From Podarcis gaigeae (Eukaryota): DNA of 64,000 nucleotides. The stretch lies in the NCBI GenBank assembly GCA_964106915.2, contig OZ066916.1. One strand, written 5' to 3'. The position numbers and the translations under genes were made by a program. Of the stretch, positions 56,601 through 64,000 are shown piece after piece. Under the pieces are notes generated by a model. It did not search any database, was not told where the DNA came from, and worked only from the letters and a program-made list of their open reading frames with translations. The first letter of the stretch is position 1, and each line of letters opens with the position of its first letter.

Positions 56601-59600
56601 CAGATCCTGAAAGTGGCTTCATCGTTCTCTCTTGCAGTCCCTCTTATGACTGGATGAGGAGAGTCACACAAAGGAAAAAACCTTCCAAGAAGGGAAAAGC
56701 TTGCCTCCTGTTTGATCACCTGGAACCCATTGAGCTTGCTGAGCACCTCACTTTTCTGGAGCATAAATCTTTCAGAAGGATCTCTGTAAGAAACCTACAA
56801 TTTCTTATGGCACTTGGGCTTTATGGCTCCTCATGCCCATTTCCGTGAATCTGGATATACATTACATCAAATCTCAAGCCATGTAACACCATGCATTTAA
56901 AGTGCATTACTTCCCCCAACGAATTCTGGCAACTGTAGCTATAGAGCCACAATTCCCAGCACCTTTAACAAATTACATTCCCTGGGATTCTTTGGGTGAA
57001 GTCAAGATCTTTAAATGTGCTTTAAATGAATGGTGTGTATGCAGCCTCAGTGCTGGCTGATCCGTGTCTACTCATTGCTTGTTGGCTGTAGCATTCTGGG
57101 GTCATCAGTGCAGTACCCGTAGGCACCCTTATTTTTCCTTCCACCCACAAAACCTGTTACACCTTCCCTGCCCCCATGCTTACTTCTCCCTTCATCATGA
57201 TGTGGAAAGAGTGGTTGTCTTACCATTACCTTCACCTTGAAAAGCACCTAAAGGTGAAACAGGAAGTAAGAACAGCAGTGGTTTTTTCTACTTCTTCTTT
57301 CAGCTTGATGCACTTTTCAAGGTTTAGTTTGGCACCTGATGCGCTGAACAGAAACGGGAATGACTGAAAGTGTAAGATGGAAAGGAGAGTGATGTAGGAG
57401 ATATGGGGAGGAAAAACAATGATTGTGAGACGGCTGCCAGAAATGGGGGTGCTACAGGAGTTGGGGGATATTGTGTCTATGAGAGTGGAGGTGTGCATGT
57501 GCATATGCATGTGCAGGCATAAACACACAAACTGGATCCAGTAAAATAGATCCTGTTGAAATTGCTTATTTTTTAATGAGTTTTCCCCACCAAATCACTT
57601 ACAAATCACAGGTCACATGTGTCCCATTAACTGAGCCATAAAAATAATGGATCAGATGCTTTCCAGCACTCCAGTGATTAAAAAAATGGATCTAAAACAC
57701 AGATCCTAAAGATCCGCATAGTTTTTACAAGGGAACTGCTTAGAACCATCATCAAATCATCAGGCACCTTTGTGTCCACAGAAGTTTTCTGTATATCATT
57801 GGTGGTTTTGTTGGCATCCTTTGTAAACAAATCGGGAAGTTCCATAAGGATCTAATGTGTTTGTGCTGCTTGCTGCTGACAAGCTTCAGATCTGTGGGTG
57901 GGATTCAGCTAATGAGTCCCATAAGTGCAACCCTGCGCAAGGACTTCTGCTTATGCTCAGGTTACATTTTTGAAAAGAAATATTGCAAAGATACCACAAG
58001 GCTCCACTGTGTTTCCTCATCCAAACAGAAATAAAAGCTAGTAGTGCTCCCTGTCCTTCAAGGATGTGCAGTGTTCATCAAACAATGATTAAATTATGCG
58101 CACTGAGGAGTTCTTTTTTTAAAGGTCAGATTTCCTAAGTTACAGGTCTTCTCAGGGAATGTTGGTCTACTGCAGTATATGTTCTTTTTGTGGTTTAGAA
58201 AAGCCATATAACAATGAATTTGTCTAGTTTACAGATTATCAGAGCTATGTGATCCATGGTTGCCTGGAGAACAACCCAACTTTGGAAAGATCAATTGCTT
58301 TATTTAATGGCATCTCCAAGTGGGTCCAGTTGATGGTCCTTAGCAAACCAACCCCTCAGCAAAGGGCAGAAGTAATCACAAAATTCATCAATGTTGCACA
58401 GGTAATAATGACCTTGGAATGAAATACTGTGGTATGGAGGTCCAAAATAAGAGGGTATGTAGGAAGCCCAGATACTAGTGTTCATAGTAAGGATAATGTT
58501 TACATTCTGTTTATCCCAGTGTTACTCCAGGTATCTTGAAATTGTTCCTAATATAAGTGGCTAGTTGGGAAGGGGTGGGGAAGGCAACAAACAGTGCTGG
58601 TGGCAAAGGACATCCTTTTCTTGTACCTCTGTAAATTATTGAGTGTAAAAGGGATTTGTTGGTGTAAATTCTTGCTGTAGATTTGTTGTATATCAAAGAT
58701 TTTGTTCTCCTGCATTAAAATTTTTCAGTGCACAAACTTCCACTCTAGCCAATCAAATCTTTTCTCTGCATGAAGAAAATAAGTGCTGCCTGTATTTTAT
58801 TATTATCAAATTGTTAAGCCTTTCTGCTACGATAGTTGTCCAGTTTTGGATGCTTTGAGCCTTAGAGTAAGAGATCTGTACCTGACTTGGCTATAATTAC
58901 CATTTCAGCTTCTGCTCATGCCTTTTGTAACAACTTAATTGTAGCTATGTCATTATTATACATATTAATTGTTAAACGATGCATTCTTCAAGTTTCTTAT
59001 AAAATACAGTGGTGAATCCTACTGTCATGGGTGATTTATTGTTCATAAGGTTTATATTAGTTTTGTTTGCTTCTTGATAGGAACTTCTAAAATATTTGGT
59101 CCAAGATTAGAGGATTTTGGTAATATTATTCCAGCTAAGAATTCATCATCTACACATTTAGGTGGGTTTGGGGATGTCCCAGTAAAGTTCATTTATTAAT
59201 ATCTCTACTAGGATAGTTTGAAGAGAGAAAAAAGAAATTCAGTTTGGCAAACAATTTTTTGCCTTTCATTTTTAACATAGTTCTCATCAGGCACCGTGCC
59301 AACAGTCAAGAGCTATTATTCTAGGCCTTGCACATTGGAACAAATAACTATAAGGTAAAAGGGTAAAGGACCCCTGGATGGTTAAGTCCAGTCAAAGGTG
59401 ACTATGGGTTTGTGGCGCTCATCTTGCTTTCCGGCCAAGGGAGCTGGCATTTGTCCACAGACAGCTTTCTGGGTCATGTGGCCAGCATGACTTAACCGCT
59501 ACTGGTGCACAGAGGACTGTGACGAGTGCCAGAGCGCACGGAAATGCCGTTTACCTTCCCGCTGCAACAGTACCTATTTTTTTACTTGCACTGGCATGCT

Positions 59601-60668
59601 TTCGAACTGCTAGGTTGGCAGGACCTTTGCTTGTTATTATCAGTTGGATTATCTAGTAAGTGTATGTATGATTGCAGATAGCGCCATACATTTGGCTTGT
59701 TAGAATAATGAAACAGGTAACATTTCATCAACAAGTAAGCAATGTGTCTAATTTCTCTACAGAAACTTCTTCATCTTCAAAATTTCAATACCCTGATGGC
59801 TGTTGTGGGAGGACTAAGCCATAGCTCTATTTCACGTCTCAAAGAAACTCATTCTCACCTTTCTTCAGAAGTTTCAAAGGTATGAGAGCACCTCTCTTGT
59901 AATGGACTCAACGTCTGTGTAAATATTATATAGAGGAACATGAGCAAACTCAAATGTAATCTGTCAAAAAGATGTCCTTTCTTACTGGAATAAGGGAGAC
60001 TGAGAGCAAGTGAAGGTGCCTCATACTGAGTCAGGCCTTTGGCCCATCTAGCCCAGTCTGTTCATTAGCAGCATCTCACCAACATCTTGGGCAGGATTCT
60101 TTCCCACCCCACTATCTATTTTTTAACTGGAGGTTCTGGTGATTGTCTTCCTGCACGCAAACTATGTGAACTCCTTCTGAGCTATGATCTTTCCTCAAAA
60201 ATGTGCTGGAAGAAATCGTGTGAGTTGCTTCTGTTATTGGATGATGCTCCTCACCACCATCCCCCCCCCCCCGAAGAAAAGGTTTCCAGTCCTCCCAGTA
60301 TGATTTCCCTAAGCTCTGCCTCTTTAAGATAAATCAAAGCAATGTTAAGGATGCTTTTGCGGAGTTTTGCTTCTTCTATACCTTGTTTGCAGGACTGGAA
60401 CGAAATGACCGAGCTAGTCTCTTCCAATGGGAACTACTGCAGCTACCGCAAAGCTTTTGCTGATTGTGTTGGCTTCAAAATCCCAATCTTAGGAGTCCAC
60501 CTGAAGGACCTGATAGCCGTTCATGTCGTCTTTCCAGACTGGATCAATGAGAACAAAGTCAACATAGTAAAAATGCAGCAGCTTTCAGTCACCTTGAGTG
60601 AGCTGGTTTCCCTGCAGACTGCTTCTCACCACCTTGAGCCAAACATGGATTTAATTAACCTGCTAACA
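53078..60668 (+). CDS. RASGRP3: RASGRP3 5' portion, spliced: join(53078..53147,54253..54355,54861..54923,55454..55585,56638..56785,58228..58401,59763..59879,60393..60668); REM and CDC25 RasGEF domains, residues 1-361; gene continues past the window
   Basis: Spliced frame [23 protein letters not shown]...LLMHRWY...[13 protein letters not shown]...[14 protein letters not shown]...[16 protein letters not shown]...[22 protein letters not shown]...[11 protein letters not shown]...DLINLLT; exon sizes 70/103/63/132/148/174/117/276 keep frame; lies next to LTBP1 as in other vertebrates. Confidence 0.97.
53577..53620. repeat. (AGTT)11 microsatellite
   Basis: Direct read. Confidence 0.95.
54253..54355 (+). 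CDS. RASGRP3: RASGRP3 coding exon 2 (REM domain)
   Basis: tttttgcag|AT; [35 protein letters not shown]; ends at U12 donor |atatccttt. Confidence 0.94.
54356..54860 (+). other. RASGRP3: U12-type (minor spliceosome) AT-AC intron, 505 nt
   Basis: 5' splice site ATATCCTTT; branch site TTCTTTAAC at 54844-54852; terminal AC at 54859-54860; these ends join exons 2 and 3 in frame (CT|A = Leu). Confidence 0.93.
54861..54923 (+). CDS. RASGRP3: RASGRP3 coding exon 3
   Basis: gctac|A; [21 protein letters not shown]; donor GAG|gtaaat. Confidence 0.94.
55454..55585 (+). CDS. RASGRP3: RASGRP3 coding exon 4
   Basis: tttcag|A; [43 protein letters not shown]; donor CAT|gtaagg. Confidence 0.96.
56638..56785 (+). 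CDS. RASGRP3: RASGRP3 coding exon 5 (contains Thr133)
   Basis: ctcttgcag|T; [49 protein letters not shown]; donor TCT|gtaaga. Confidence 0.97.
58228..58401 (+). CDS. RASGRP3: RASGRP3 coding exon 6 (CDC25 domain)
   Basis: gtctag|TTT; [58 protein letters not shown]; donor CAG|gtaata. Confidence 0.96.
58490..59200 (-). mobile_element. Highly decayed L1/Tx1-type LINE RT fragment
   Basis: Minus translation [12 protein letters not shown]...[14 protein letters not shown] resembles L1 RT motif GTRQGCPLSPLLF; boundaries approximate. Confidence 0.65.
59352..59623 (-). mobile_element. Sauria SINE lacking its 5' head (diverged subfamily)
   Basis: Tail aaggtaaaagggtaaaggacccc; similarity stops at ...taggttggcagga; no clear TSD. 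Confidence 0.9.
59763..59879 (+). CDS. RASGRP3: RASGRP3 coding exon 7
   Basis: ctctacag|AAA; [39 protein letters not shown]; donor AAG|gtatga. Confidence 0.96.
60393..60668 (+). CDS. RASGRP3: RASGRP3 coding exon 8
   Basis: tttgcag|GAC; [22 protein letters not shown]...[11 protein letters not shown]; donor ACA|gtaagt. Confidence 0.97.
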
Positions 60669-61899
60669 GTAAGTACTGTTAAATTTGAATTTGAAAACAT
60701 TCCTTTTCCTTCCATCACTGTCTCCTTTGAGGGCAAGGAGGAGATGTAAAAGGCAGGGGTGAATTTGGTAGACTTACTAATAGAACAGATTGCACATTTT
60801 CTGGGGGGAAACCCAAATAAATTAGAGAGAGATAAAAATGATAAAGACGTGAAAATATTAAGATACCAGCTAGGTGGGAATTAACCCGTAAGGAGCCTTA
60901 CTTCATTTCTTCAAATACTTCATTTTACGTTGTAGATTATTCATTTCACAACTTTGATGAACAATTTGCACCAATCATTTATCCTTGTCGTATGATAAAA
61001 TAAATTCACACCCTCTGCTGAATGTGCCTGGTTTGTACAACATGGTAAACCAAACTATGGCTTTCAGTTCATGGTTAGTAAGGAGAGAACTGGACCACAA
61101 GCCTGGGTTTGGGCAATGCACTAAGCCAAAGCTTAATGGCCCCTCAGTATTTTATTCAAGTTGGCATCCCTGTATATGCCCCTCCACACACATGCACACA
61201 AGTAGTAGCACTGCTGCATAGCCTGCTTATTATAATTATTTCAGCCTTTTTTAAAGTCTTAATTTGTGTGTCACAGCGGTAGGGAAGGGCAGGGAATGAA
61301 TATTGAAAGCTGCATAACAGAACAATAAACAAATTTGGGTGTACTCTCTCTGTTTTCCTTCACTTAAAATTATTTTTGCGGGCACACATTTTCCCTTCTG
61401 AACCACAATGTTAGCTGAAGCTCCTTTAATACAACTCATGGTTTGGCACATCTCCATGCCAAGGCTGATTTGCAGGGCAGCAGGGCAGCCTCCATGGCCA
61501 GGAGAGGGTCTGATCCTCCCTGGGATCTTGTGGGATCTCACAAGCTCACATGGCCCTTTAAAGGGTCTGGCTACCCAGCATCATGTTCTTTCTCCAACTT
61601 GTCCTGTGACTCAGCGTTCACATTCTCGGCGTTCTTTCTGCAGCAATGGCTGACCAGAAAGATTCATAAGCATGAAGATACAATTGTGATATCCACTCCA
61701 TGCAGTTAGTTCTCATAGTTGGGTAGCCAGAGAGATCCAGCTTTAATAGGGAGGGTGTCCATGTGGCTGTTGTAGCTGGAAGCCAAGAGAGCACTTTCCA
61801 TATTAAAAAATATTTTATGTTCAGCATCTGAATTTCAGTTGCCAGCAAAGGAACAGATTATCATCTTTGTAACATTTCCGCCTCTGCTCTCACACTGTA

Positions 61900-62152
61900 A
61901 GATAAAAGGTAAAGGGACCCCTGACCGTTAGGTCCAGTCATGGCTGACTCTGGGGTTGTGGTGCTCATCTCACTTTATTAGCTGAGGGAGCCGGTGTACA
62001 GCTTCTGGGTCATGTGGCCCATGTGGGTCATGACTAAGCCACTTCTGGCGAACAAGAGCAGCGCACGGAAACACCGTTTACCTTCCCGCTGGAGCGGTAC
62101 CTATTTATCTACTTGCACTTTGATGTTCTTTCATACTGCTAGGTTGGCAGGA
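61900..62152 (-). mobile_element. Sauria SINE, 5'-truncated
   Basis: Similarity stops at ...taggttggcagga; perfect 13-bp TSD CTCTCACACTGTA at 61887-61899 and 62153-62165. Confidence 0.93.
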
Positions 62153-64000
62153 CTCTCACACTGTAGTACAGTATAAATAACAGTTCAGAAGTAGCCTTCT
62201 ACAGCTTGCCCAAATGGGGTCAATTCAGATTATGACGAGCGCTGTATTTTAGACTTTTGTTTCCACTGGAATCCTTGATCCAGTTTTATATCTGGATATT
62301 TGGTATTCTTCCATTCTCTCTATTCTTTGCTCAGATAAATACATTGAAACTTTCCCCACTCTGATAGATACGGCTGCAGCAAAATAACAAGATGACTGAA
62401 AAGTGGGCTGCAGGAAGATTGCATGCAGTTCACGTCACTGCAGCAGTCTGAACATTGGCAGCAGCTGTTGGTGTTGGCGTGCGCTTTGCTGAATTTTATA
62501 TAATTCAATCTGTATAAGGAGCTGAAGTGCAAAATGGGCTTCTTTCAGCTTTGCTAAAGCATTAGCGAGAGCGAACCTCCTGTCTCCTATAGCAAAATAT
62601 AGAGAAGCTTCCCTGGAGGATTCTTGCCCTGATAATTTGTTGCAGTTATTGTTTACATTTTCAGGACTGCATTATTATTATTATTATTATTATTTTAAGA
62701 CTCTCAAGGCCATTCTTTCAAAGACTCATTACAAAACTGCCACTGCATTTCCTATAATCAAAACTAATCAGTTTTAGCATTGAGGCAGCATTGCAGAATT
62801 AATGTCCACTGCAGCTGGTACAACATTCAGGCCTCCATCCCTGTGTCTAGTGGGGCTGTGAGTTCGGATCAACACGAGCTACTTCAAAACTTGCAGTGTT
62901 TAAAGACATAGCCTGGGATTCAAAGAAACACTTCAGGGAATAAGAGTTGTGCAGTGGGGTCTTTATTCAACCACCTTTGAAATGGAAGCACCCTGAAATG
63001 GATGTGACTTGGGACTTTTGGATTAGCATATTTCCCTTTTCTACCTTCGTGACCCATATTTCGAGGCCCATTAGCATACCAGGAAGCTAGCCTGGCTATT
63101 CCAGGAATTCAAATCCTTGCTTAGATTTTAACACTTGCCGTATCCAGAGATTAGAAAGGTCTTAGCTTGCTGCCTACTCCCCACCCCAAATTCAGAACAG
63201 TATTATTTAGAATAAGTGACTTTAAGGCTGTTGTCCTTGGGCCCTAAATCAGAAACAAAGGATGTAAATGTGTTTTCTTTCTCACATTCATCTCTTGTTC
63301 CCTTGCACTTTCTACCCTTCCCCTTCACTTGTTCCATTGCAGCTGTCAAATATCTGATTGAAAGCAGTTTGAGACAGGGTTCCATGTTGTTTTGCTTAGA
63401 CTGTGCACTATACAACCAATAAATGAATTAACAGTTATAATTAGTGTGGAAAGTGGAGGTACACTGAAGCACAGAACAATAGTTTGTATGCTGTGGTCTG
63501 TACCAACTCTGAAACTATGCAAATATCTGGAAAGCCCCAGATGTTTTTACAGTCTGTGAAAACTGTGGTGAATACGTTCTTTTTAATCAGACTGAAACTA
63601 ACTCAGAGAAGTCACTTTTAAATATAAAATCTGTACAAAGGACAAAGCAGGGCATGTTGGAGCTGCTGCTGCTCTGTATGAGAGTGAGGCACATAGATTC
63701 CTATCAACTAGAAAAGGGACACACTTCTCCACAGAATGACTCTAGGTGGAAATATGAGACCCGCAAAATCATGTAGTACTCAGGCCATACTGTTCCTCAG
63801 GGTCAAGAGGCTCGTGTGTTCAGCTTCCCTATTGCAAAATGCAGTGACCTGTCCCTTCTTCCTGTCAATTTTCTGATTAGTGGTACCTTTTTGTGTGGAA
63901 GCCTTGCTAGAACACTGCTCAGAGAGGCTGCTCTGGAAGCTGGAAAGCCAGCCTCCCTCTCCTTTTCCAACAGGGGCAGCTTTGAAGATTGTCTCAATTG

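Noticed and set aside
60669-64000. Expected next RASGRP3 exon (LSLDLYHTEDDIYKLSL...)
   Set aside because: Not found by eye in the remaining sequence; presumed to lie beyond the window rather than lost.

Overview
Eukaryotic genomic DNA from a squamate reptile, most likely a lizard, judged from Sauria SINE, Squam3-like SINE and BovB content. Two + strand genes lie in tandem, as in the conserved vertebrate arrangement. The first is the last four coding exons and 3'UTR of LTBP1 (509-19945, polyA signal about 20766). The second is the first eight coding exons of RASGRP3 (53078-60668, gene continues beyond the window). All exons join in frame with recognisable splice sites, and one RASGRP3 intron (54356-54860) is a U12-type AT-AC minor intron. 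The rest is intron and intergenic DNA rich in transposons: 8 Sauria SINEs, 2 Squam3-like SINEs, BovB/L2/CR1/L1 fragments, Tc1/mariner-type and hAT MITEs, microsatellites and two assembly gaps. The most notable items are the AT-AC intron; a nested insertion at 4.0-4.9 kb (solo LTR with a 102-codon open frame inside a Bov-A-like mini-BovB inside a Squam3 SINE); a uORF bracketed by alternative acceptors in the RASGRP3 leader; a chimeric SINE with a foreign structured segment; and two Sauria SINEs truncated at the same nucleotide. No prokaryote-type system (CRISPR, operon) is present, and almost all entries in the ORF track are spurious. Family names come from recalled consensus sequences and protein motifs, not from database searches.
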